A DNA stretch of 64,000 bases from an uncultured Candidatus Saccharibacteria bacterium (GCA_964530725.1 CAZGYV010000003.1:9744-73743); one strand, 5' to 3'; positions 43,327 to 56,261 are shown, numbered from the stretch's first letter. Made by a program: numbers and translations. Notes: a model not told the origin generated them from the sequence alone.

Positions 43327-43992
43327 TTATTTGTCTTGCCGCTTGGTGGTCTTGTCTTCTTCGCGCTCAATACCGGCTTCGGCTTCCTCGGCTGGCAGCT
43401 GAGCTTCGTCACTGCCTTGGGCGTTTTGTGAATCTTGAGCGTCTTGGCCAGGTTGGACTTCGTCGGCCGCTGGATCAGCTTTAGCGGCTTCTTTGTTTTC
43501 TTCTTTAGTCAGCTCTTCAGTCGACTCCACAACTTCAACCTGTTCTTCGCCTGCTACAGTCTCGGCTTGAGCCTCCACCTTTTCCTGTTCCTCAGCTTCA
43601 ATCTGACTATGAGTACGCGTGTCGGCCTCATTGGCTAAAGACTTATCAAAGTCGAGCTCGGCCAAGCGAGCTTTCTTACCACGAAGTCCGCGCAAGTAGC
43701 TCAAGTAGGCTCGGCGAACCTTGGAACGGCGCACTACTTCAACCTTCACTACATTAGGCGAGTGCATAAACCAGCTCTTTTCAACACCAACACCAGATGC
43801 GATTTTGCGCACTGTAATATGAGCGGCTATATCCTGATTTTTACGAGCTCGTATTACAACGCCCTCAAATACCTGCACGCGCTGTTTATTGCCTTCGCGG
43901 ATCATTTGATGCACGCGAACAGTATCGCCGGGTTGAATTTGCGGCAATTTTGCCTTGCGACTTGACTTCTCGACTAATTGGAGTGATTCCAT
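43327..43992 (-). CDS. rplS: 50S ribosomal protein L19 with a roughly 105-aa acidic low-complexity C-terminal extension
   Basis: The first roughly 115 aa match L19 (PGDTVRVHQMIREGNKQRVQVFEGVVIRARKN...). The remainder is Glu/Ala/Gln/Asp-rich. Confidence 0.9.
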   Translation of the reverse strand: MESLQLVEKSSRKAKLPQIQPGDTVRVHQMIREGNKQRVQVFEGVVIRARKNQDIAAHITVRKIASGVGVEKSWFMHSPNVVKVEVVRRSKVRRAYLSYLRGLRGKKARLAELDFDKSLANEADTRTHSQIEAEEQEKVEAQAETVAGEEQVEVVESTEELTKEENKEAAKADPAADEVQPGQDAQDSQNAQGSDEAQLPAEEAEAGIEREEDKTTKRQDK

Positions 43993-44057
43993 AACCTTCG
44001 CATATTACCATATAATTATACTTCGATCAAGACACTTGATGCCGCTTGGGCCGGTAT

Positions 44058-47000
44058 TTAATTCTTCGCAGCTCGCTGGCGCTTAACGCCAACATTCTTC
44101 TCACCGACTACCGTCTTGAGCTCGGCCACTAGTTCATCGGAAATATCCACCATGTATGGCAGTTTAATAATTTTATGATAATCACTGCCGGCCAATAGAT
44201 ACACTTCGTCGCCACCAGATGAGTTTTCTAGAATTTTTTTGACCGCGATTAGCTTAGCGCTTTCTTGATGGCTAGCTACCCGCAATACCATCTTTTGCTT
44301 GGTTTTCTTGCCCTCATCTTCCAGCGGCATATCAGTAGAGAGAGTCTCAATTGGTTTGTGGCGATAAGCCTCAGCCCGTTGCAGACTGATTGGGCTCACT
44401 TTATCGACCATAACCTTTATCTCATCACTCGGCTTACCCTCTCGGTCCTTGGCATTGATCTTGCCATCAACCTCCACCACGCTATCGACCTCTAAAACCG
44501 GAGCGCATTTTTCGTAAGCTTTCGGAAAAACTATCAGCTCAATTTCACCTGTCTTGTTCTCGATTTGCACGAATGCCATGTTGGCGCCATTCTTAGTGGT
44601 AATTTTGCGAAAACTAGTAATAATGCCGCCCACTTTGACACCTTGACCGTCCTGCTGCTTATTAAGCGTATTGATCGCGTTGGTCTTGTGGTAAAGGTAG
44701 TTATCATACTCATCAAGTGGATGAGACGTGACATAGAGACCAAGCAGCTCCTTTTCCCAGACTAAACGCTCGCGCAAAGTAGTTTGTTCGTTTGGCACGT
44801 CCAAATGAAGAGCCGGCAAGTCCTCGGTCGTGCCTAGGCTGCCAAAAATATCGATTTGACCGGAGAGAGCATTTTTCTGCGACCGAGAAGCGTACGAGCT
44901 AATTTTATCAGTATTATTCAAAAGTAAATCACGATCAGACAGCGAGTCAAAAGCGCCCGATTTGACCAGGCTTTCAAGTGTCTTGCGGTTCACCACGCTG
45001 GCGTCAACGCGTTTAGCAAAATCTTCGATCGAGGCGAAAGGATCAGTTTCCCGAGCCGATAAGATCGCTTCGATCGGGCCTTGGCCAATATTCTTAATCG
45101 CGCCCAAGCCAAAGCGAATATTTTTCGTCTCTGGCACGACCGCGAATTCGCTGTAAGACTCGTTGATATCGGGCGGCAGCAGCTCAATGCCCATTTTGCG
45201 GCATTCAGTTACCTCAATCGCAATCCGGTCAAGATTTTCATGATCGCTCGTCATTAGGGCCGCCATAAAGGCCGCTGGATAATGAGCCTTTAAATAGGCT
45301 GTCTGAACGGCAATCAGCGCGTAGCAGGCTGCATGACTTTTATTGAAGCAGTAAGCAGCAAAATCTTCCAAACTACTCCACAATTTTTCGACAAACTGCG
45401 GATCGGCTTGGCTGTTTTTGATGGCACCGTCGATAAATTCTTTTTTCATTTTCGCTAATACTTCTGGGATTTTTTTGCCAATGCCTTTGCGCAAGGTATC
45501 GGCCTGACCACCAGTGAAGCCGCAAAGGTCTTTGGCTATCTGCATAACCTGCTCCTGATAAACGATCACGCCGTAAGTATTTTCGAGAGCTGCTTTCATC
45601 TCCGGATGCTCGTATTTAATAAGCTCAGGATTATGCTTGCGGTTGATAAAGTCTTCTATCCACTGCATTGGGCCCGGACGATAGAGCGCCACCATGGCAA
45701 TAATATCTTCGAATTGGCTCGGTTTAAGATCGCGAATATGGCGTTTCATGCCGGCCGATTCGAGCTGGAAGACGCCCGTCGTGTCGCCCCGCCCAAGCAA
45801 TTCATAGGTTTTTTTATCATCGATCGGAATATCGGAAATTTTCAGATCAACACCGTGAACACGACGAATGATGCGCAAAGTATTATTAATAATGGTCAGA
45901 TTGGAAAGGCCAAGAAAATCAAATTTCAATAGACCCAAATCTTCAATTGGCCCCATAGAATACTGGGTCGAGACGCCGCCCTTACTGGCCCGCGTCAGAG
46001 GCGTGTGCCGGACCAATTCCTCGTGCGCGATCACAACGCCGGCCGCGTGCGTACCCTGGTTGCGAATCGTCCCCTCAAGCTTCATCGCGATATCTATCAC
46101 CTGCTTAGCCCGTGGATTGGATTTATATTCTTTCGCCAGATCCGGATCGTTAACGATGGACTTAGAAAGCGGGATGTGGCGCCCTTGAATGGGGGCTGGG
46201 ATGAGCTTAGCGATCGCATCCACCTCGCCGTATGGCATACCAAGCACCCGGCCGGTATCGCGCACCGCATTGCGGGCCGCCATGGTGCCAAAAGTAATGA
46301 TTTGCGCCACCCTATCTTGACCATATTTCTCGGTCGCGTAAGCAATCACTTCTTCACGCCTGTCATCTGCATAGTCCATATCAATATCCGGCATCGAAAT
46401 ACGATCTGGGTTGAGAAAACGCTCAAACAATAAATCATATTTGAGCGGATCGAGCTCAGTGATATTAGTCAAATAAGCGATAATCGACCCGGCCGCCGAA
46501 CCGCGACCCGGTCCGCAGACGATGCCTTGATTCTTGCTCCAGTTGATCAAATCGGCTACGATAAGATAGTAACCTTCGTAGCCCATTCGGCCGATCACAT
46601 CTAGCTCATATTCAAGCCGATCCATCACGCCGTCTGGCAGTTGCGACTTGATTTTTTCTTCTGTGACATGCACCAAATCTTCTGCCGGCATGTCGGTATA
46701 ACGCTTGGCGGCCCCTTGAAAAACAAGCTTCCTTAAGTATGACTTCTCAGTCTCATCGCTAGGCACATCAAATTTCGGAATTAAAATCCGCCCCAGTTCG
46801 ATCGTTAGATCGCAGGCTTCGGCGATTTTAACGGTATTAGCAATGGCTTCGGAATGATCGGGGAATTTTGACAACAAAAGCTCACCCGAGCCGACCGACA
46901 AATCCTGCTCTAGGCGCATGCGATTGGGATCTTCGAGCATGCTCCCCGTCTGCACGCAGAGCAAAATATCATGCGGGTTATGGTCTTCCTGATAGGTGTA

Positions 47001-47696
47001 GTGAGCATCACCTGTTACCACCAAATCAATATCAAGCTGGCTGGAAATTTCTTCCAAGGCCTTATTGACCTTATCCTGTGGCTCCCAGCCAATATGCGGT
47101 TGCATTTCAAGATAATAATTTTCGCGACCAAACATGTCACGATACCAGGCAGCCGTCTTGAGAGCTTCATCAAAATTATCATTTAACACATGGGTGCCGA
47201 TCTCGCCACCAATACACCCCGACAGGCAAATCAAGCCTTCGTGGTAGGCTTCAAGCAATTCGCGATCGATGCGCGGCTTGTAGTAAAACCCTTCCAGGCA
47301 GGCGATCGTCGAGAGCTTCATTAAATTGCGGTAGCCAACTTCATTTTTCGCCAACAGTATCAAGTGATACGGAGTACGATCTTCTTTGGAATTTTTATCA
47401 GTATGTTTACGCGGTGCCACGTAAGCTTCCATGCCGATGATGGGCTTGAGATCGCGTTTCTTACATTCTTTGTAAAACTCCACCGCACCAGACAGGGTAC
47501 CATGATCGGTAATGGCGACTGATTTTTGACCGATTGACTTGATGTGGTCGAGCAAGCCGGGGACCTTCTGCAAACCATCAAGCAAACTATAGTGAGTGTG
47601 ATTATGAAGGTGCACGAAATCAACGAATTTACCATTCGTTTTTTCGATAGTTGATAAATTTCCACCTGTTGCGATAGATGGCATGTAAACCCCCAA
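44058..47696 (-). CDS. dnaE: DNA polymerase III subunit alpha
   Basis: PHP domain (FVHLHNHTHYSLLDG), polymerase core and OB-fold; 1212 aa. The alternative start is Met5 at 47684. Confidence 0.95.
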   Translation of the reverse strand: MGVYMPSIATGGNLSTIEKTNGKFVDFVHLHNHTHYSLLDGLQKVPGLLDHIKSIGQKSVAITDHGTLSGAVEFYKECKKRDLKPIIGMEAYVAPRKHTDKNSKEDRTPYHLILLAKNEVGYRNLMKLSTIACLEGFYYKPRIDRELLEAYHEGLICLSGCIGGEIGTHVLNDNFDEALKTAAWYRDMFGRENYYLEMQPHIGWEPQDKVNKALEEISSQLDIDLVVTGDAHYTYQEDHNPHDILLCVQTGSMLEDPNRMRLEQDLSVGSGELLLSKFPDHSEAIANTVKIAEACDLTIELGRILIPKFDVPSDETEKSYLRKLVFQGAAKRYTDMPAEDLVHVTEEKIKSQLPDGVMDRLEYELDVIGRMGYEGYYLIVADLINWSKNQGIVCGPGRGSAAGSIIAYLTNITELDPLKYDLLFERFLNPDRISMPDIDMDYADDRREEVIAYATEKYGQDRVAQIITFGTMAARNAVRDTGRVLGMPYGEVDAIAKLIPAPIQGRHIPLSKSIVNDPDLAKEYKSNPRAKQVIDIAMKLEGTIRNQGTHAAGVVIAHEELVRHTPLTRASKGGVSTQYSMGPIEDLGLLKFDFLGLSNLTIINNTLRIIRRVHGVDLKISDIPIDDKKTYELLGRGDTTGVFQLESAGMKRHIRDLKPSQFEDIIAMVALYRPGPMQWIEDFINRKHNPELIKYEHPEMKAALENTYGVIVYQEQVMQIAKDLCGFTGGQADTLRKGIGKKIPEVLAKMKKEFIDGAIKNSQADPQFVEKLWSSLEDFAAYCFNKSHAACYALIAVQTAYLKAHYPAAFMAALMTSDHENLDRIAIEVTECRKMGIELLPPDINESYSEFAVVPETKNIRFGLGAIKNIGQGPIEAILSARETDPFASIEDFAKRVDASVVNRKTLESLVKSGAFDSLSDRDLLLNNTDKISSYASRSQKNALSGQIDIFGSLGTTEDLPALHLDVPNEQTTLRERLVWEKELLGLYVTSHPLDEYDNYLYHKTNAINTLNKQQDGQGVKVGGIITSFRKITTKNGANMAFVQIENKTGEIELIVFPKAYEKCAPVLEVDSVVEVDGKINAKDREGKPSDEIKVMVDKVSPISLQRAEAYRHKPIETLSTDMPLEDEGKKTKQKMVLRVASHQESAKLIAVKKILENSSGGDEVYLLAGSDYHKIIKLPYMVDISDELVAELKTVVGEKNVGVKRQRAAKN

Positions 47697-47755
47697 ACGT
47701 AGTACTGCTTAAGCTATTTTAGCATAAATTGCGCTGGCGATAGTGTGATAAAAAA

Positions 47756-48037
47756 TTAACGCGGCAGTGGTGAGTTTAGCGCACCATCTATTTGCTGCAA
47801 GAAATCTCCGATGTACGGTAAGCCGCCCATCCAGTAAACCAAGAATCCGACTGCCACCACGGTTACAGCGGCACCGAGAGTGATGCCGATGCCGCGCCAA
47901 AAGCCAGCCCGAAGGTTCAAAAAAGCAATCCGGCTAGGGCTGTTTAGTAGGTTTACAAAGTCTTCGAAAGACAGCTTGGCCGCAGCCTTGGCTGAGTCTT
48001 CGATAGTTTTTGCTTTTGATTGCGACTTACTCGCCAT
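47756..48037 (-). CDS. hypothetical small membrane protein (93 aa)
   Basis: ORF with one or two TM helices near the C-terminus; abuts the YtxH-like gene. Confidence 0.4.
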   Translation of the reverse strand: MASKSQSKAKTIEDSAKAAAKLSFEDFVNLLNSPSRIAFLNLRAGFWRGIGITLGAAVTVVAVGFLVYWMGGLPYIGDFLQQIDGALNSPLPR

Positions 48038-48519
48038 TATTTAACTTTTTTTGAAGCCTTTTTAGCAGCCTTGCTAGTAGTCTTTGCCATGTCGTCCACA
48101 CCCTCTTTCACGTCTTCAACTACTTTCTGGGCCGTATCACCCAACTTGTCAGCTAGTTCAGCGCCCTCTTGGACGAGCTTTTTTGCCTTTTCACGAGCCT
48201 CCTTTGACAATTCGGCGCCATCTTCGCTCAGCTCGGTCATTTTTTTAGACAACTGATCTTTTACGCTATCCGCCTTTTTAAGCAGTTCCTTGCCCTCTTT
48301 CGCGGCATCACCCTGCAACTTATTTACTTTTTTTTCCAACTCGCGCCGTTTTTTATCAATTTCTTTGGCCACATTATCAGCAGCTTTGACTATATCTTGA
48401 CGAGTTTCCTTACCGCTTTTGGGCGCGAACAAAAGCGCTGCCACCGATCCAACAGCCGCACCAACAGCCGCACCAATCAAAAAACCTTTTTTCTCGCCAT
48501 CTTTTTCTTGTTTTGACAT
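48037..48519 (-). CDS. YtxH-like (DUF948) stress protein
   Basis: N-terminal GFLIGAAVGAAVGSVAALLFAPKSGKETR membrane anchor followed by Lys/Glu-rich coiled-coil repeats. Confidence 0.65.
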   Translation of the reverse strand: MSKQEKDGEKKGFLIGAAVGAAVGSVAALLFAPKSGKETRQDIVKAADNVAKEIDKKRRELEKKVNKLQGDAAKEGKELLKKADSVKDQLSKKMTELSEDGAELSKEAREKAKKLVQEGAELADKLGDTAQKVVEDVKEGVDDMAKTTSKAAKKASKKVK

Positions 48520-48536
48520 AATTTTACTCCTATTAA

Positions 48537-48788
48537 TTATTTTCGTCGCCGGCTCTTGCTACCGCTAAAATAGCTGCCGATAATGCTAGCGATTTTAACC
48601 GGATTTAAATAATATTCTCGCACTTCCTGGACCATATCGGCAACAGTTTCGACTTCCTCTTGAGTTCGTTCAGCGATTTTCTTGACCCGTTGTAGTATTT
48701 TAGCCACCAAAACCAATACTGCGATAGTGTATATCAACAATATAATCGTGGCGATCGATACTACAATTAATAAAATTTGCTCCGTCAT
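48537..48788 (-). CDS. hypothetical small membrane protein (83 aa)
   Basis: Single N-terminal TM helix then a charged helical tail; 4-nt overlap with the MscS-like gene. Confidence 0.4.
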   Translation of the reverse strand: MTEQILLIVVSIATIILLIYTIAVLVLVAKILQRVKKIAERTQEEVETVADMVQEVREYYLNPVKIASIIGSYFSGSKSRRRK

Positions 48789-49402
48789 CTTTTTGCCACC
48801 TTTCTTTTTACCGGCTTTTTAAATACGCCTGCTAATCTTGAATTTTGTTTGATTTCGTGCCGTCTGTCAATCAGCACCCAGGCGTTACGGTCAATTAAGG
48901 CATTTGGGAAAACATGAAGCTTGCCACTCATGTCACGAATGCGCGTCCGACGCAAATCCATCTCCACTATAACACCTTCTATCTTTTCGTCACCACCAAC
49001 TTTTACGTGATCACCGATACTGAAGTCGCGATCACGTGCCAAAGTAACACCACCAACGACATCTTTGACAGCATCAGCCAGCCCCTGTGATATACCTAAG
49101 ACTATAAAGCTAAATGACCCGACGACCGCTAAAGCGACATTGTTAAGGCCAAGCAGCTGCAAGCAGGCAATCACCAAAAACACCCACAGTGCGATATCGA
49201 CTAGCGTCACAATGATCGTTATCAAGCTAGACGGCAAACTTGACAGGGTCAGACCAAAGCGAATCAACCTCGAAGCGATGCGAATTATCAAGATACCAAT
49301 CAATACTATTAGAATAGCGACTGGTATATTGGGTAGAATCCGATTCAGCTCATTGACGACTGGAGCAGCTATATTTTCAAACGTAATATTTATATCAGGC
49401 AT
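48785..49402 (-). CDS. small-conductance mechanosensitive channel (MscS family, minimal form)
   Basis: Two or three TM helices followed by an MscS beta-domain signature (GDHVKVGGDEKIEGVIVEMDLRRTRIR...G). Confidence 0.7.
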   Translation of the reverse strand: MPDINITFENIAAPVVNELNRILPNIPVAILIVLIGILIIRIASRLIRFGLTLSSLPSSLITIIVTLVDIALWVFLVIACLQLLGLNNVALAVVGSFSFIVLGISQGLADAVKDVVGGVTLARDRDFSIGDHVKVGGDEKIEGVIVEMDLRRTRIRDMSGKLHVFPNALIDRNAWVLIDRRHEIKQNSRLAGVFKKPVKRKVAKR

Positions 49403-49408
49403 AACTAC

Positions 49409-50842
49409 TTATCCTTCTAAGTATTGTAGCAAGATGGCGTTGACCACACCAGGGTTTGCCTGCCCCTTCGTTGCTTTCATCACTTGGCCGACAAAATAGC
49501 CGATTGCCTTTTGGTTGCCACTGCGATAGTCAGCCACGGCCCTCGGATTTGCTTCGACCAGCTCGCGAATAATTGTCTCCAGCTCGGATGTATCCGATAG
49601 CTGGCTTAGGCCCTTAGCCTGAACAATTGCCGCTGGATCTTTTCCGTCAACCACTTCAGCAAAAATATCCTTGGCAATTTTCGAGCTAATAGTCCCTTGC
49701 TCGACTAGACTAATGAGACTAGCTAGATTAGCGGCCGTTAGCTTCGCTTGCTTAACGCCTTTTTGAGTCAAAATTGCCTGATAATCACCGACCAGCCAAT
49801 TGATGGCTTTTTTCTCTAATTTTTTATCACTCAAAATATTCTTAGCCTCGAAAAACAGCTCCGATAAGTACGGCTGGCCAATTAACATGTCCTGCTCGTC
49901 CACGTTCAAGGCCAGGCCATGCAGTTCTTTTCTAACTTCAATCGGCAAAACACCGACTTCGCGCTTAATCTCATCGATCATTTCTCGCGTAATCTTTAAT
50001 GGCGGCAAGTCGGGTTCGGGGAAGTAGCGATAGTCGTGGGCTTGCTCTTTGCCGCGCTGCGAAAAAGTCACCGACTTGGCGTCATTCCAGCCCCGGGTTT
50101 CCTGATCAATCGTGCCGCCTTCCTCTAAAATGCCAATTTGACGCTTAATTTCATACGTCAAAGCCCGCTCGGCGTTACGAAAACTGTTAAGATTTTTTAG
50201 CTCGGTTCGCGTACCCAGCTTTTTGGGGTCAGGCGAAACACTAACATTCAAATCAAATTTAAAATTGCCGTGCTCCATGTCACCATTGCTTATACCAAGA
50301 CAGGCAACGATATTGTAAATCTCTTGTAAATAACGCTTAGCTTCTTGAGGGCTGTGCAGCTCGGGCTTGGAAACAATTTCAACTAAAGGCGTGCCCGCTC
50401 GATTCAAATCGACTAATGAATGATCACCGTGATCGGGATGAACTAGCTTGCCAGCATCCTCTTCCAGATGGGCTCTTTCGACGCCAATTTTCTTGAATTC
50501 ACCGTCAACCAATATTTCAACCTCGCCGTCATGGACTATCGGCTGATCGTACTGGCTAATCTGGTAACCTTTGGGTGAGTCAGGGTAAAAATAATTTTTT
50601 CGGTCAAATTTGGTGTCGCGGGCGATCTTAGCATTAATACCCACGCCCAACTTAATTGCTAACTCTACCGCCCGGCGGTTTATGACCGGCAGTGTGCCGG
50701 GCAGCGCTAGGCAAACCGGGCAAATATTGGTATTGGGCAACGCGTCACGGCTTTCGTTGTCACAGCCACAAAACATTTTTGATTTTGTCGCTAGCTGAAC
50801 GTGGATTTCTATACCGATAGTCGGCAAATACTGTCTACTCAT
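49409..50842 (-). CDS. gatB: Asp-tRNA(Asn)/Glu-tRNA(Gln) amidotransferase subunit B
   Basis: GIEIHVQL, CGCD...CPVCLALPG zinc site, and C-terminal YqeY-like domain; 477 aa. Confidence 0.95.
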   Translation of the reverse strand: MSRQYLPTIGIEIHVQLATKSKMFCGCDNESRDALPNTNICPVCLALPGTLPVINRRAVELAIKLGVGINAKIARDTKFDRKNYFYPDSPKGYQISQYDQPIVHDGEVEILVDGEFKKIGVERAHLEEDAGKLVHPDHGDHSLVDLNRAGTPLVEIVSKPELHSPQEAKRYLQEIYNIVACLGISNGDMEHGNFKFDLNVSVSPDPKKLGTRTELKNLNSFRNAERALTYEIKRQIGILEEGGTIDQETRGWNDAKSVTFSQRGKEQAHDYRYFPEPDLPPLKITREMIDEIKREVGVLPIEVRKELHGLALNVDEQDMLIGQPYLSELFFEAKNILSDKKLEKKAINWLVGDYQAILTQKGVKQAKLTAANLASLISLVEQGTISSKIAKDIFAEVVDGKDPAAIVQAKGLSQLSDTSELETIIRELVEANPRAVADYRSGNQKAIGYFVGQVMKATKGQANPGVVNAILLQYLEG

Positions 50843-51294
50843 AGCCGCACTCCCAGATCGTTTATTCCGTCTTTTAGGTCTTTAATTGCTTTTTGGACCT
50901 GGGCGGGCACAAAGTCGTGGTTAACCTCATGCGCCATTTGATTGCGCAGCTTGTGAGCCGACCAAATCGCGTTTAGATCCCGATAAGACGTCCGCGCGGT
51001 CGAGCTTTGCAGCCTTTCGCCCATCGTCTCGCCAGCAAATCCCTTGCCTATCATGACGTAATCAAGCAATTTATCAGCTTCGAGCAGGGCGTTCTTCAGG
51101 CCACTTGGGGTATTTTGCATCGCCTCTATTTCGCCCCACTTCGTTTTCACCAACTCGATATCCAGAGTGCGGTGCGAAGGACTATATTTTGGCTCCGAAT
51201 AACCGCGATTAGATGATTTTTTACTACCAGTCAACGACATATAAAGCAGCAAACCGCCGCAAACCAAAATTGCCATAATAATAGATAGTGTCAC
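50839..51294 (-). CDS. membrane-anchored hypothetical protein with R-N-x3-H (HEPN-like) motif
   Basis: N-terminal TM helix (IIMAILVCGGLLLYM), then a helical domain with LRNQMAHEVNHD near the C-terminus. 4-nt overlaps with gatA upstream and gatB downstream. Confidence 0.5.
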   Translation of the reverse strand: MTLSIIMAILVCGGLLLYMSLTGSKKSSNRGYSEPKYSPSHRTLDIELVKTKWGEIEAMQNTPSGLKNALLEADKLLDYVMIGKGFAGETMGERLQSSTARTSYRDLNAIWSAHKLRNQMAHEVNHDFVPAQVQKAIKDLKDGINDLGVRL

Positions 51295-52784
51295 TTCAAT
51301 GCTCTCCGTTCGTGCCAGTTCGTCCTGGCTTCAAATGACTGAGCGGCGCTAAAAAGCTTGGCTTCCTGTCCTTGGGCAGCCATAATCTGCAAGCCAATCG
51401 GTAAATCATTTACAAAGCCGGCTGGCAGACTAATAGCCGGTATGCCAGCTAAGTTGGCCGCCACCGTCAGTACATCTGACATGTACATCTCAACCGGGCT
51501 TGTTTTGGTGCCAAACTGAAAAGCCGGTGTCGGCGTGGTTGGACCAATCAATACGTCAAATTTTTCGAATGCTTGATCAAAATCCTGCTTGATCAAAGTG
51601 CGCACCTTCATCGCCTGCTTATAATAGGCGTCGTAGTAGCCGGCCGAGAGCGTATAGGTGCCAGTTAAAATGCGCCGTTTCACCTCCGGCCCGAAAAATT
51701 CACCGCGCGTTTTAGTGTAGGTATCAAGCAAATTCTTGGCCGCCTTAGAGCTTGCGCCATAGCGAATACCATCATAGCGCTCTAGGTTGGAACTAATTTC
51801 TGAAGGCGTCAAAATATAATAACAAGGCAAAGCCAGCTTAACACTGTCGATACTAATCTGTTTGATTTCGTGGCCAGCTAGCTTCAATTCGTCAGCCGCT
51901 TGCTCGAAAGCTTGTCGATTCGCTTCATCAAGCGGTTCGACGTATTCTTTGACAATACCAATTTTCATTTTTTTATCATTTTTCGCCGCTGCGCTGTAGT
52001 TGTAGTTAGCAGCCTTAATGGTGGTCGAATCTTTCGCGTCCTGGCTGGCGATAATTTCGAGCACGATCGCTGTATCCTCGACACTGCGTGTCAGCGGACC
52101 AATCACGTCTAGACTCGAAGCCATCGCCACGACACCATAGCGGCTGACTAGCCCGTAGGTCGGCTTCAAACCAACAACGCCGCAAAAACTGGCGGGCTGG
52201 CGAATCGAGCCGCCGGTGTCGGTGCCAAGCGAAAAAACTCCAATGTCCGCCGCTACTGCCACGGCGCTGCCGCCGCTACTGCCGCCCGGCACGGAATCTT
52301 CGCGCCAGGGGTTGTGAGTCGAGTGGTAAGCGGAATTTTCCGTGCTGCCACCGTGGGCAAATTCATCTTGATTAACCTTAGCCAGCAGTATGGCGCCGGC
52401 TACATCCAGCTTCTCAATCACCGTGGCCGAATAGGGTGCTGTGAAATTATCTAGAATTTTACTAGCCGCGGTCGTCCTAATGCCGGCTGTCAAAAACATA
52501 TCTTTAGCCGTATAGGGAATGCCCTCAAGCAGGCCGATTTTTTCACCGCGCGATAGCTTATCATCGACGACTTTGGCAAGCTTACGAACAGATTGTTCGC
52601 AAATGGTTAAACTCGCCCGCAGCGTAGGGTCAATTGTCCGCAGGCGACCCAAATAGTAATCAGTGAGCTCGGTGGCTGTTACTTCGCCTGCGACTAAAAG
52701 CTGATGCGCGCTCTTAATGGTTAAATACGTAAGATTAGCCACTTTTTTAAAGTACTCTTCTAACCTTAATGTAGCCGTTTTCAC
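51291..52784 (-). CDS. gatA: Glu-tRNA(Gln) amidotransferase subunit A (amidase signature)
   Basis: Amidase signature GGSSGGSAVAVAA, Ser-cisSer-Lys catalytic context; 497 aa. Confidence 0.95.
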   Translation of the reverse strand: MKTATLRLEEYFKKVANLTYLTIKSAHQLLVAGEVTATELTDYYLGRLRTIDPTLRASLTICEQSVRKLAKVVDDKLSRGEKIGLLEGIPYTAKDMFLTAGIRTTAASKILDNFTAPYSATVIEKLDVAGAILLAKVNQDEFAHGGSTENSAYHSTHNPWREDSVPGGSSGGSAVAVAADIGVFSLGTDTGGSIRQPASFCGVVGLKPTYGLVSRYGVVAMASSLDVIGPLTRSVEDTAIVLEIIASQDAKDSTTIKAANYNYSAAAKNDKKMKIGIVKEYVEPLDEANRQAFEQAADELKLAGHEIKQISIDSVKLALPCYYILTPSEISSNLERYDGIRYGASSKAAKNLLDTYTKTRGEFFGPEVKRRILTGTYTLSAGYYDAYYKQAMKVRTLIKQDFDQAFEKFDVLIGPTTPTPAFQFGTKTSPVEMYMSDVLTVAANLAGIPAISLPAGFVNDLPIGLQIMAAQGQEAKLFSAAQSFEARTNWHERRALK

Positions 52785-53037
52785 TCATCGGCGCATTGGC
52801 CAGCAACTGCTCGCGAGTCAATTCGCACCGCTTCACGGTATCCTCTCGCCAAACGTCAACCAGTCCAGTCACTTGGCTGGTTGGCTCGATCCCAGAGGTG
52901 TCAATCGACTGTAGTTGATCGACGTAGTCCAAAATTGAGCTCAATTGCAAAGTCAATTGGTCTCGCTCTGAGGCGGTCAACTCGATTCGCGCCAGTCCGG
53001 CGATTTTCTCAACTTCTTGAATAGATAATTTTGCCAT
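52747..53037 (-). CDS. gatC: Glu-tRNA(Gln) amidotransferase subunit C
   Basis: 96 aa, MAKLSIQEVEKIAGLARIELTASE..., overlaps gatA start. Confidence 0.85.
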   Translation of the reverse strand: MAKLSIQEVEKIAGLARIELTASERDQLTLQLSSILDYVDQLQSIDTSGIEPTSQVTGLVDVWREDTVKRCELTREQLLANAPMSENGYIKVRRVL

Positions 53038-53156
53038 GTCTTACTAATATTCTAATGCCTTTCGGGGTGAAAGCTCAAGCATGAACATATTGTATGTTCT
53101 GCTGCGATGACCTTTTATTTTATTGATAAATATGCTATAATAGTAAAACATAGACC

Positions 53157-53485
53157 TGTAGAAAACCCTTACAGGGCAAAGGTCTATACGGGGAAGATGA
53201 GAGCGGGCGCATCAACCTACCTTTAAGCCGCCCAGGGAGGTCCTGCCAAAGGAGAAGTGCTCAAAGCTAGGGCATATCCGGCGCTAAACAACTAGCCCGG
53301 CCCGGAGGTTAACGGGTTTGACACCCAAAGGAACTCTGCTCTCACGAGGGTAGTGCCAGTTCGTCTGGATAACAGATAGCCTAAGGCAATCTGCCAGCTT
53401 GTTGGCACTACCCGCCGCCCCTAAAGTCTTCTCTGCTTTGAGCGCCCTTGTTTGGCCGGTCCACATCGGCTAAGCGAGGTGCTTT

Positions 53486-53487
<2 letters not shown>
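53157..53487. ncRNA. candidate structured non-coding RNA (about 330 nt), identity unresolved (RNase P RNA / long SRP RNA / other)
   Basis: A 448-nt gap lies between gatC and ligA with no credible ORF and above-background GC. Long-range complementary pairs are present: GCGCTCAAAGCAGAGAAG with CTTCTCCTTTG..GCTTTGAGC, and GGGTAGTGCCA with TGGCACTACCC. A TATAAT box at 53146-53151 and a hairpin plus CTTTTT at 53462-53487 favour the plus strand. Short matches to RNase P motifs occur on opposite strands, so no family is assigned. Confidence 0.3.

Positions 53488-56261
<2,774 letters not shown>

Noticed and set aside
53284-53466. 60-aa minus-strand ORF inside the gatC-ligA intergenic region
   Set aside because: It has no RBS or conservation signal and overlaps a region with strong RNA-like secondary structure, so it is interpreted as part of an ncRNA candidate.
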